Both the position numbers and the translations under genes were made by a program. 64,000 nucleotides of DNA, from assembly GCA_963835065.1 (NCBI GenBank), contig CAWIEK010000053.1:352001-416000 (forward strand). Reading direction: 5' to 3'. This DNA comes from an uncultured Chthonomonadaceae bacterium. GTDB lineage: Bacteria > Armatimonadota > Chthonomonadetes > Chthonomonadales > Chthonomonadaceae. The notes beneath the pieces are model-generated. The model ran no database searches. It was not told the DNA's origin and saw only the letters and a list, made by a program, of their open reading frames with translations. Position 1 is the stretch's first letter. Every line of letters starts with the position of its first letter. Below are positions 11,108 through 19,685 of this stretch, in pieces.

Positions 11108-11132
11108 CCCTCTTCGCCCCTTTGCGGTTCTT

Positions 11133-11190
11133 TTTGCCTTTCCTTTTTCGTTTACTTTGCGTCTTTCGCGGTTCCCCTCTCCTTGTCTTC
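11133..11190 (-). repeat. AACCGCGAAA-family repeat; direct repeat of 12044-12084
   Basis: 41 bp with one mismatch to 12044-12084. Confidence 0.85.
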
Positions 11191-11249
11191 CTTATGGTAT
11201 AATTTGGCAGTAGGAACCAACACTCTATGGGTTCAGGAGGGCACAAATT

Positions 11250-11618
11250 GTGCCGGTTGCCATCAATTTTGCAAGTTCGACACTTCTTACCAGACATTAT
11301 GCTCGGCATAAGGGAGACTTTGCTGTAACAAGCGAACAAGAGTATCTGAAAAAGGCCAAGAACTTCCTGAACACTCCTCTTGCCAGCAACACGAACATTG
11401 AAGAAAAACAGCGCAAAAGAGGCGGCGTCTTAGTTGAGGAGTGGGTTCGCTATGACAAAGCAACAAACGAATTTGCTGTCGTGTATATGGACGGCACAAT
11501 TGGGACTTACTTCAAGCCAATGATGTTGAGCGCGGCTCCAGCAGGTATGCCGCGCGACAAGATGCACAAGCGTTCAAGCAATTATCAGTATTTTCTGGAT
11601 GAGTGTGACTTACCATGA
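11250..11618 (+). CDS. Stand-alone polymorphic-toxin-like domain (pyocin/CdiA C-terminal-like, putative RNase)
   Basis: HYARHKGDF...EYLKKA...VRYDKATNEFAVV..DGTIGTYFKP...YF; AGGAGG SD and an upstream TGGTATAAT. Family recognised by eye. Confidence 0.7.
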   Translation: MPVAINFASSTLLTRHYARHKGDFAVTSEQEYLKKAKNFLNTPLASNTNIEEKQRKRGGVLVEEWVRYDKATNEFAVVYMDGTIGTYFKPMMLSAAPAGMPRDKMHKRSSNYQYFLDECDLP

Positions 11619-11947
11619 CAGAGAAAATTATATGTCCGGTGTGTGGATACGATGCGCTGGAGCGGCCTATCCACAATTACGACGTTTGCCCAAGTTGCCT
11701 GTGTGAGTTTGGCGTGAGTGATGCTGACTGGACTTACGCGGAATTGCGCGAGGATTGGATTGCTAATGGCGCGCTATGGGCATGGGGAAGCAAGGATATA
11801 CCGGAGCTTCGTGGCTGGTCGGCAGTCGAGCAATTGAAAAACATAGATTACCACTGCACATTGCAGGACATACGCAGCATAGCTCGTTTTCGAGAAACTT
11901 CTGATGGTATTGAACGGCCTGAGCTAAAGTCGGCGTTCGGCGCATAA
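11615..11947 (+). CDS. Cys-rich CPxCG...CPxC protein, putative cognate immunity protein
   Basis: CPVCGY...VCPSCLCEFGVSD; ATGA overlap with the toxin-like gene. Confidence 0.8.
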   Translation: MTEKIICPVCGYDALERPIHNYDVCPSCLCEFGVSDADWTYAELREDWIANGALWAWGSKDIPELRGWSAVEQLKNIDYHCTLQDIRSIARFRETSDGIERPELKSAFGA

Positions 11948-12043
11948 GCTAATGCCTTTCTAACAAGGATGCTGTTATGTCGCGCCTCGCAGGTGCAACG
12001 AAACGATTGTTCAAAGATGCACAGATGTGCTTAATTTTACTCC

Positions 12044-12112
12044 TTTGCCTTTCCTTTTTCGTTTACTTCGCGTCTTTCGCGGTTTGTATGTCTCCCCCTC
12101 TCCTCTTCTCCT
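12044..12112 (-). repeat. AACCGCGAAA-family repeat; inverted partner of 14872-14928
   Basis: 12056-12112 against 14872-14928: 57 bp, 3 mismatches. Confidence 0.85.
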
Positions 12113-12131
12113 CCCTTCTTCCTCCCCTTCC

Positions 12132-14699
12132 CTACGCCTGTTCCCACTCCGCAACCAAACTACGCGCTCTGGCAATGGCGCGTGTATCCTGCGTGGTTTC
12201 CAGCACCTGAAGCGCCTGCCGCACCCAGCGCAATGCCGCTGCCGAATTACCCTGCCTATTATAGAACAACGCCAGATTGATTAACGTCTCTCCTTCTCCA
12301 ACGCGATTTCCGGCCTCCCGGCGAATGACCAAGCTTTGCTCAAAGCAGGCAATCGCTTCCTCCCAATGGCCTTGACCCTCATAGACAACGCCCAGGTTGC
12401 TAAGCGTAATTGCTTCTTCCAACCTAGCCTTTAACTCTCGAAACAGGAGTAAACTTTGCTCAAAGCAGGCAATCGCTTCTTCCCAACGGCCTTGTTGCTG
12501 ATAGACATTGCCCAAGTTGGTAAGGGTTCCCCCTTCTCCAATGCGGTCGTCGAACTCGCGGCAGGTCGCTAAATCTTGCTCAAAGCAGGCAATCGCTTCC
12601 TCCCAACGGCCTTGTTGCTGATAGACATTTCCCAGGTTATTGAGCGTTTGTCCTTCGCCAATGCGGTTGCCAAATTCACGGAAGATTGGAAGGCTTTGTT
12701 CATAGCAGGCAATCGCTTCCTCCCAACGACCCTGTGTGTTGTAGACAACGCCCAGGTGAGTGAGAGTCCGCCCCTCGGCTGCTTTCTGGCCCGCAGTCCG
12801 TGTGACTCGTAAGGTTCGCAGGTTCAGTTCCTCTTGTTCCGACCACAGGCCGCGCAACAGCAGAAAACCGCCCATATACGCCGAAATGTATTCTATGACC
12901 TGCCATCTTTCTTCCCAACTCGTCTGCACTTCCGCAGTTTCGGCAGCATAGACGGCGTTGCGCCATTCTGCATCCAGAACGGCGTTGTTAGAATGGTCGT
13001 TAATGTTGTTGTGACCCATTGCTAATTGAGCATAGTAAATGCTGTAACGTTGCCGACGCGCATCCGCATTGGGCAGGTCATTCAATCTGGCAGCCGCGTA
13101 GAAGCGCGTGGGCCGCAGGAAGGTGTAGCGTCCGCAGCCATCCGCATCGAAGCCTTGCAGGTTTACAAGGCTGGCCTCGTGCAGTCGGTCCAGCAGGGTT
13201 TCGGCGTCTTCAATCTGACAAACCTCTTCCACCCGCGCAGCCGTGAACGTATCGCCGAAGACTCCCAGGCAGGCCAATCCTTCCTGAAACTGCGGCTCCA
13301 GTAGAGTGTATGACCAGTCCAAGCAACGAGTTAGAGACTCGTGACGGATGCTGGCATCGCTGTGAGCGTGTCCAGGCTGATGTCCACTGTACGGGCCGAG
13401 CGGCGTGTCGCGCAAGCCTTCCGCCATCTTTTGCAGCGAGCGCTTGCCCACATACGCCGCCACCAGTTCCAATCCCAACGCCTGACACTCCGTATACTTC
13501 AGAATGTCTTGGAACCACTTGCGCTCCCCACTTGAAACCTGCCAGCCGTCCACTTTTAACTGCGCCCGCTCCACAAACAGCCGTTCCGCTTCTTCGTCCG
13601 TCATGCCGGCAACCGGAACCTCTTTTTCCACATTGTCCAGTTTTACGGTTTCGCGCCCCGTCACCAATAAGCGCGCGTCGGGACAGGTGAGCAGCAAATC
13701 GCGCAGCAGGTCGCGGACTTCGACACAATCCACCGACTCGTAGTTGTCCAGCACGAACAGCGCGGCCTTGTCCTGCAAGGCGGGCAGCAGTTGTTCCAGC
13801 GTGGCCGGGTTGCCTTCCACCTGCATGGCCCGCCCTATCTCTTCCACAACCGACGCCTCAGATGCGAGACGGTCGACAAGCGCAACGAAATACAGGCCAT
13901 CCTTGAACGCGCTTGCGACTTGCAGGGCGCAGGCGACGGCCAGCCGGGTTTTGCCCATGCCGCCAAAACCGTGCAGCGTGACCAGCCGCACTTTTTCGCG
14001 GTCATTCAAGCGCTCGGCGTAATGGCGCAGGATTTTGGCCTGCAAGTCGCTGCGGTCAATATAGCGATTGAGTTCGATGCCGAACCCTTTAGGTATCCAG
14101 CGCGTTCCCGGCTCGCCCCGCGACGTGCCTTCCCCCTCCCACAGCAGTTCATGGATGTCTTCCGGGGTGAGAAAGTCTTTCAATCGGCGATTCTTCCAGT
14201 GCTGCCATTGGTATGCCTGCCCGTTTCCCGCTTCCTCGCAGGCTTTGTGCGACACCAGTATCTGCCCGCCCACGCCCGGCGCTCCTATACGTGAAGCGAG
14301 ATTCACTTCCAGATTTCGGTACTTGCCGTTCTCGAAAAACACTTCCTGCGAGGCGCGGTAAATGCCCATCCGCACCCGAACCGTCCACATTTTGCCTTCC
14401 GCTTCCTGCGCAGTCGGCTCTGCTTGTGCCGTAATCGGTTCCGCGTGGAGGCTTTGCTGAATGGCGCAGGCGCAGGCAAGAGCATCGCGGGCATGTTGGA
14501 ACGTGACCATAAAGCCGTCGCCGGGATGATCCACTTCATAGCCATTATGCGCCACAAACACTTCCCGCAAGCGTTCGTCATGCGCTTCCATCAAGGCTTT
14601 GTAGGCATGGGGAACCGCGCGGCTGAGTTTTGTAGACCCTTCCACGTCGGTATACAGCAGCGTAATCGTTCCCTGCGGCGGCACAATCGCTTCGGACAT
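12132..14699 (-). CDS. Class III cyclase domain + STAND/NB-ARC ATPase + TPR repeats
   Basis: TLLYTDVEGST, GDGF, RVRMGI; Walker A GFGGMGKT, Walker B LFVLDNYE; 40-aa repeats LGNVYQQQGRWEEAIACFEQ. Confidence 0.9.
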   Translation of the reverse strand: MSEAIVPPQGTITLLYTDVEGSTKLSRAVPHAYKALMEAHDERLREVFVAHNGYEVDHPGDGFMVTFQHARDALACACAIQQSLHAEPITAQAEPTAQEAEGKMWTVRVRMGIYRASQEVFFENGKYRNLEVNLASRIGAPGVGGQILVSHKACEEAGNGQAYQWQHWKNRRLKDFLTPEDIHELLWEGEGTSRGEPGTRWIPKGFGIELNRYIDRSDLQAKILRHYAERLNDREKVRLVTLHGFGGMGKTRLAVACALQVASAFKDGLYFVALVDRLASEASVVEEIGRAMQVEGNPATLEQLLPALQDKAALFVLDNYESVDCVEVRDLLRDLLLTCPDARLLVTGRETVKLDNVEKEVPVAGMTDEEAERLFVERAQLKVDGWQVSSGERKWFQDILKYTECQALGLELVAAYVGKRSLQKMAEGLRDTPLGPYSGHQPGHAHSDASIRHESLTRCLDWSYTLLEPQFQEGLACLGVFGDTFTAARVEEVCQIEDAETLLDRLHEASLVNLQGFDADGCGRYTFLRPTRFYAAARLNDLPNADARRQRYSIYYAQLAMGHNNINDHSNNAVLDAEWRNAVYAAETAEVQTSWEERWQVIEYISAYMGGFLLLRGLWSEQEELNLRTLRVTRTAGQKAAEGRTLTHLGVVYNTQGRWEEAIACYEQSLPIFREFGNRIGEGQTLNNLGNVYQQQGRWEEAIACFEQDLATCREFDDRIGEGGTLTNLGNVYQQQGRWEEAIACFEQSLLLFRELKARLEEAITLSNLGVVYEGQGHWEEAIACFEQSLVIRREAGNRVGEGETLINLALFYNRQGNSAAALRWVRQALQVLETTQDTRAIARARSLVAEWEQA

Positions 14700-14871
14700 C
14701 AAGGCTGCCCTCCCTGCTTCCAAATTGGTACGGAGTGACTGAGCAACGGCGTCTCTCCCCACAAACCAAAAATCTCCAACAAAACAATAAACCGGCCTTG
14801 CAACAATGCCGGAGCGTTCGCCGCGCAAACCTGATTTTCCTCCCTCACCGCCTTACGCAGAAAAGAAGAAG

Positions 14872-14928
14872 AGGAGAAGAGGAGAGGGGGAGACATAGAA
14901 ACCGCGAAAGACGCAAAATAAACGAAAA
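14872..14928 (+). repeat. AACCGCGAAA-family repeat
   Basis: AGGAGAAGAGGAGAGGGGGAGACATAGAAACCGCGAAAGACGC. Confidence 0.85.
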
Positions 14929-15036
14929 CAGACGAACTGAAATTTTGTGCAGAAGGCGGAAACGCTTGCCAATAGAAGAAAGGGGAAGCCCTGTTTCCCC
15001 TTTCCTTTTGTTTTGCATTTTTCAGGAGAACCGTTC

Positions 15037-15747
15037 ATGCGCTCCCGCAGCCTTGTCCGCCATCTAATTCGTACCCTTTTGCTGTCGGCCCTCTTCTTTC
15101 TCGCGCTGGCGTCGGCGCAGGCGCAACAGCTTATTTTTGATAATACCTTCCGCTACACCAGTCAGGAAACGCGCGACGACGGCACGGGCATCGGAACCTG
15201 TATCACGCAGGTTGCCGCCGATACGCAAATCGGCAGTTTCGCCGCCCCGGTCAGCCTCACGCAAGCGGGCGATCTGGAATTTCTAATTTTCGATTCCAAC
15301 AACGGCGCGTTGCTGTACCAGAGCGCGCCCAAAGCCTACGCTTTCGACAACGGCGTGGTTTCCCTGCACCATTCCGACCCGTTCCAATTCACGCTGCAAG
15401 CGGGACACCAGTACGACATAGGCGTTTTGGCGGATGTGCCGCTGGTGTACCAGTGGTGGTTCCACAGTTTTGCCGCTTCGCCCGGCAAGCCCCCCTACAG
15501 TTTCACTGAAAACGGCATCACGTCGGCAGGCAGCCTCAACGCCAACTTCAACACCTACGCCGGCACGTTCGCCCACCCTCACGATGACCTCGCTCCCGGC
15601 CTCGTGGATATGGGACTCGTCCTCTACGGCCCTACCGCCAATCCGTCCGCCGTTCCCGAACCCGGCGCAGTAACGCTGATCGCCGCTCTCCTCCTGTCCA
15701 CCGCCATGCTGCTCCGCTGGAAGAGAATTCACCACCCGCTTCGCTAG
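15037..15747 (+). CDS. PEP-CTERM sorting domain protein
   Basis: Signal peptide; C-terminal VPEPG + TM + RWKR; AGGAG SD. Confidence 0.9.
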   Translation: MRSRSLVRHLIRTLLLSALFFLALASAQAQQLIFDNTFRYTSQETRDDGTGIGTCITQVAADTQIGSFAAPVSLTQAGDLEFLIFDSNNGALLYQSAPKAYAFDNGVVSLHHSDPFQFTLQAGHQYDIGVLADVPLVYQWWFHSFAASPGKPPYSFTENGITSAGSLNANFNTYAGTFAHPHDDLAPGLVDMGLVLYGPTANPSAVPEPGAVTLIAALLLSTAMLLRWKRIHHPLR

Positions 15748-16035
15748 AGGCACAGAGGAAGAGGGGGAGAAGGGGAGAAGAGGAGAAGAGGAGAGTGGGA
15801 ACCGCGAAACACACGAACTAAACGAAAAAAGAACAAAAGGACAAGGAGAAAAGCATCATAGAAACCATGAGGTGACTGTACTTCTTTACCGTCTTTGCTT
15901 CTTTGCGGTTTTTGTTTTTCCTTTTTTCGTTTTGGTTCGTTTCTTTCGCGGTTCCCCTCTCTTCTCTCCTGTTGTCCTTCTCGCATCGGCTTTTCCTCTG
16001 TGTCTCTGTGTCTCTAGCGAAGCGGGTGGTGAATT
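15726..16035. repeat. Nested inverted-repeat element (outer arms CACCACCCGCTTCGCTAGAGRCACAGAG, inner arms GAACCGCGAAA)
   Basis: Outer arms are near-perfect reverse complements; the left arm contains the PEP-CTERM stop codon. Confidence 0.85.
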
Positions 16036-16043
16036 TTTCCTGT

Positions 16044-16061
16044 TTGTGCGATTTTTCACAA
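16044..16061. promoter_or_regulatory. Rex/Crp-type operator candidate TTGTGCG-ATTT-TTCACAA
   Basis: Two mismatches to TTGTGAA-N4-TTCACAA; upstream of ctaA. Confidence 0.5.
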
Positions 16062-16111
16062 CCTTCGTTCGTAGACTAGGCAACAGCGTAAATGCGGGGT
16101 ACAATGAGGGA

Positions 16112-16142
16112 GAAGGATGAAGGATGAAGGATGAAGGATGAA
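16112..16142 (+). repeat. Heptamer tandem repeat (GAAGGAT)x4
   Basis: Read directly. Confidence 0.9.
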
Positions 16143-16174
16143 CAGTCGTCCTCCTTTCGGCTTCCGGCCTTCAC

Positions 16175-17140
16175 TTGAGGGCACAGCGATTGCGCGTTAA
16201 AGCGTTTGCCAAAATCCGGTTTCCGCAGTATGCGTGGGGCGTGTTGGTGTACATGCTGTTTGTTGTCGTCTGGGGCGCGGTGGTGCGCGCGTCCGGGTCG
16301 GGCGACGGGTGCGGCAAGCACTGGCCGTTTTGCGGCGGGCAACTCATTCCCGTATTTCAGCGGCTGGCTACCCTTGTTGAGTTTTCCCATCGCATTTCTA
16401 CCGGGCTGATTTTGCCGCTTATCGGGTTGCTGGTGGTTTGGGCGTGGCGGGCGTTTCCCCGGTTCCATCCGGTTCGATTGGGCGTGATGCTGTGCCTGCT
16501 GTTTACCTTGACGGAAGCCGCGTTTGGCGCGATTCTGGTAAAGTTCGGCCTTGTCGCCGGGAACCAATCCATTGCCCGCGTCGTGATGATGTCACTGCAC
16601 CTTGTCAACACGTTCGTTCTGCTGATGTGTCTTGCGCTCACGGCCTGGTGGAGCGGCGGCATGCCCCGGTTCACCTTCCGCAATTCGGGAACGCTTGGAC
16701 TGGCGCTCGGCGCGGGATTGGCCGCAACCCTGTTTCTCGCCGTGACGGGCGCGATTACCGCCCTGATTGACACGCTGTATCCGGCCAGCAGTTTGTACGC
16801 AGCCTTGCAGCAGGATTTGAACCCCGGCGTTCACGTGCTTATTCGCCTGCGCCTGCTGCATCCGTTTATCGCTGTTGCGGTGGGCATTTATTCGGTTCTT
16901 GTCGCGCGCTATGCAGTCCGCGTTCGCCCGACGTATGACACGCGGCGTTTTGCCCGCATGGTTGTGGTTTTGTTCGGCATCAATATCGTGGCGGGCTGTC
17001 TCAATGTCGTGACGCTGACGCCTATCGGGATGCAATTGCTGCACCTGCTGCTTGCCGATTTACTATGGATCGCGCTGGTTCTGCTGACCGCTTCCACACT
17101 GGCGCAAAGGTACTATCCGAGTGAAGATTTCGACCGCTGA
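16175..17140 (+). CDS. ctaA: Heme A synthase (COX15/CtaA family)
   Basis: WGAVVRASGSGDGCGKHWPFC, EFSHR, conserved His residues in TM helices; adjacent to ctaB. Confidence 0.85.
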   Translation: MRAQRLRVKAFAKIRFPQYAWGVLVYMLFVVVWGAVVRASGSGDGCGKHWPFCGGQLIPVFQRLATLVEFSHRISTGLILPLIGLLVVWAWRAFPRFHPVRLGVMLCLLFTLTEAAFGAILVKFGLVAGNQSIARVVMMSLHLVNTFVLLMCLALTAWWSGGMPRFTFRNSGTLGLALGAGLAATLFLAVTGAITALIDTLYPASSLYAALQQDLNPGVHVLIRLRLLHPFIAVAVGIYSVLVARYAVRVRPTYDTRRFARMVVVLFGINIVAGCLNVVTLTPIGMQLLHLLLADLLWIALVLLTASTLAQRYYPSEDFDR

Positions 17141-18143
17141 CACGATTGCCAAAGACACGCTTGCCACTGCCGCCGCGTCTCCTATACGCGAGGCGGTTGT
17201 CGCCGGTGAAACCACGCCCTGCATGACGCCGGAAGTGACGGTTCCGCACCTGCTTGCGCCGCCGTCCATACGCGGAACCATGAACGCTTACATCGCGCTG
17301 ACCAAGCCGCGTATCATCAGCCTGTTGCTGTTTACAACCCTTGCGGCCATGTACATCGCCAATGACGCGCGACATCCCGTGAGTTTTGTATTGTTTTGGG
17401 CGGTCGCTATCGGCGGCTACATGATGGCAGGCGCGGCCAATACGATTAATATGGTGATTGACCGCGACATTGACGGACGCATGGCGCGTACCGCCAAACG
17501 CCCGACCGTGACGCAGTTTATTTCCACGCGCAACGCTCTGCTGTTCGCCCTGATCCTTTCGGTTGTGTCGTTTGCCCTGCTGTGGGGCGCGGGCTGCCTG
17601 CAATCCGCTTTGTTCGCGCTGGCAGGATTAGCCTTTTATGTTGTCGTATACACTCTTATCTTGAAGCGCCGAACGTGGCAGAACATCGTATGGGGCGGCG
17701 CGGCAGGCTCGTTTCCGCCACTCGTCGGCTGGACGGCGGTAACGCACACGATGCACCCGCTTGCATGGACGCTGTTCGCCATTATCTTTGTCTGGACTCC
17801 CGTACACTTTTGGGCGCTGGCGATTTTGCTGAAGGAAGATTACACCAAAGCGGGTATTCCCATGCTGCCGTCCGTGCGCGGTGAGCGCGTAACCGTCAAG
17901 CAAATCAGCTATTACACGGCGCTTACCGTTGCGGTCACGCTGCTGCCGTTTGCGCAGCATCAGGTGAGTTATTTATATCTGGCGGGCGCAGGGCTGCTCA
18001 ATGCCGGACTGGTTGCTTACACCGCCAAACTGTACCAAAAGCCGGAACGCCCGCAGGCCTCGCACCTGTTTCACTATTCGATGATCTATCTGGCCGCGCT
18101 GTTTCTGGTCATGGCGCTTGACCATAATTTGCTAAAACCTTAA
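17121..18143 (+). CDS. ctaB: Protoheme IX farnesyltransferase (heme O synthase)
   Basis: LTKPRI, DRDIDGRMARTAKRP, LKRRTWQNIVWGGAAG, WTPVHFWALA, DYTKAGIPMLP. Confidence 0.95.
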   Translation: MKISTADTIAKDTLATAAASPIREAVVAGETTPCMTPEVTVPHLLAPPSIRGTMNAYIALTKPRIISLLLFTTLAAMYIANDARHPVSFVLFWAVAIGGYMMAGAANTINMVIDRDIDGRMARTAKRPTVTQFISTRNALLFALILSVVSFALLWGAGCLQSALFALAGLAFYVVVYTLILKRRTWQNIVWGGAAGSFPPLVGWTAVTHTMHPLAWTLFAIIFVWTPVHFWALAILLKEDYTKAGIPMLPSVRGERVTVKQISYYTALTVAVTLLPFAQHQVSYLYLAGAGLLNAGLVAYTAKLYQKPERPQASHLFHYSMIYLAALFLVMALDHNLLKP

Positions 18144-18353
18144 CAATTGACGATTTTCAATTGCCGATTGCCGATTGGCTGCGCACCTAGACAAACGAGA
18201 GGTTCACCGGGTATAATGCGGGCAGTTTACACTTCAAGCCTGCATGTTCCGCTTCTCGTTCGCGCCTTTCCAGCCTTTGCTGCCTACATAAAATTTCCCA
18301 ACTCGCGTCATAGTCACGCGAACATCACGCAGCAGGGATTTGAAGCGCAGGCA

Positions 18354-18371
18354 TCGTGAAAAATTGCACAA
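18354..18371. promoter_or_regulatory. Rex/Crp-type operator candidate TCGTGAA-AAAT-TGCACAA
   Basis: Two mismatches to the consensus, in the long intergenic region before actA. Confidence 0.45.
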
Positions 18372-18566
18372 ATTTCCGTTGAAAGCAGTAAAACGCGGCA
18401 GGAAACTGCGCGACGCTCGTTAAAATACCAATGCGAATGTAGGCGCAGCGAAAACAAGGCCAACGAGAATGGGGAACCATCCCGCAACGAAAGCGTAATT
18501 GCTGCCAAACCTGCTCCAAATTTTGATTGAGAAAAGTTGTTCCCGCTTTCCATGTACCTGCCTGAG

Positions 18567-18597
18567 TAGTTGATAGTTCATAGTTGATAGTTGATAG
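18567..18597 (+). repeat. Heptamer tandem repeat (TAGTTGA)x4
   Basis: Read directly; same unit as 62695. Confidence 0.85.
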
Positions 18598-18773
18598 ACA
18601 CGTAGGAACTACAAACTTTCAGTGCCCGCCGCTTGTTTGAATGTGTATTTGGTTTGTGTTCGATTGTTATGGCTCTTGTTGAGCGTGTTTGTCCAGAACT
18701 GAAATGCCTATGCCGGTGAATTGCGCGCCCGTTGCGACGCTGCCACTATCCCGGATATGCCTGGAGCGTGTTG

Positions 18774-19544
18774 ATGGCTCAAATTTTCCACCCCGCAACC
18801 AATGTGCTTGCAAAGGCCAGCCTGCTGTTTTTCGGCATCATCGGGCCGACGGCGACGCTGCTCATTGCCAGCGGCGTTTCCCGTATGTCGTTCAATACCA
18901 AAGTGGGCGTTCCTCTGCCGCAGCCGGTCCCGTTCAGCCACGAACACCATGCCGTCGAGTTAGGAATTGACTGCCGCTATTGTCACGGCGGCGTCGAAAA
19001 GTCCTCCTACTCGCCCCTGCCGGCTACGGAAGTGTGCATGTCGTGCCATTCGCAAATTTGGACGGACAGCCCCCTGCTCGATCCCATCCGCAAAAGCTAC
19101 GCCGAAGGCAAGCCGATGCTGTGGAACAACGTGAACGCCGTACCCGATTTCGCTTATTTCCCGCACAACATCCACATCAACCGGGGCATTTCGTGCAACT
19201 ACTGTCACGGCCCCATTCAGAAGATGATGATGGTCTACAAGGGCAAGTCGTTCTTCATGGTGTGGTGCCTGAACTGCCACCGCCAGCCGGAGAAATTCAT
19301 TCAGCCCCGCGAAAACGTGTGGAAACTGTATCAGGACATTCAGCGCTTCGGCTACGCGGTTGATTCCAGCGGCAAGGACGAGAACGATCCCAAGCGCGAA
19401 GGGCTGACGCCGCGCCAGTACGCGCTCGCCGAAGGGCAGTCGTACATGAACAACGCCGACGAAACCCTCGTCAGCCAGCATTTGATTACTCAGTATCGCG
19501 TGAAGAAGCAGCAGCTTGCCGACTGTTGGATATGCCATCGGTAA
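18774..19544 (+). CDS. actA: Alternative complex III pentaheme cytochrome c subunit
   Basis: MAQIFHP start, QPVPFSHEHH, five CxxCH motifs (CRYCH, CMSCH, CNYCH, CLNCH, CWICH). Confidence 0.95.
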   Translation: MAQIFHPATNVLAKASLLFFGIIGPTATLLIASGVSRMSFNTKVGVPLPQPVPFSHEHHAVELGIDCRYCHGGVEKSSYSPLPATEVCMSCHSQIWTDSPLLDPIRKSYAEGKPMLWNNVNAVPDFAYFPHNIHINRGISCNYCHGPIQKMMMVYKGKSFFMVWCLNCHRQPEKFIQPRENVWKLYQDIQRFGYAVDSSGKDENDPKREGLTPRQYALAEGQSYMNNADETLVSQHLITQYRVKKQQLADCWICHR

Positions 19545-19550
19545 GGAGGA

Positions 19551-19675
19551 AGTAGTCAGTAGTCAGTAGTCAGTAGTCAGTAGAAAAACCCTCTGCTAAC
19601 AAACCTTTACTGGCGCACAAACCTTTGAGTAGACAGGCATTTCTACTGACTACTGACTACTGACTACTGACTACT
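19551..19675. repeat. Heptamer-arm inverted element (AGTAGTC)n - spacer - (GACTACT)n
   Basis: Perfect 36 bp inverted repeat, 19551-19586 and 19640-19675. Confidence 0.95.
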
Positions 19676-19685
19676 CTACACCATT

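Noticed and set aside
12330..12760. 120 bp repeats as a DGR template/variable pair
   Set aside because: They are in-frame TPR repeats, the differences are not adenine-specific, and there is no reverse transcriptase.
14699..16120. Small K/R/E-rich or F/S/L-rich ORFs over the purine/pyrimidine repeats (also near 10383, 11977, 33372-33890, 49415)
   Set aside because: Low-complexity translations of the repeat elements with no independent coding signal.
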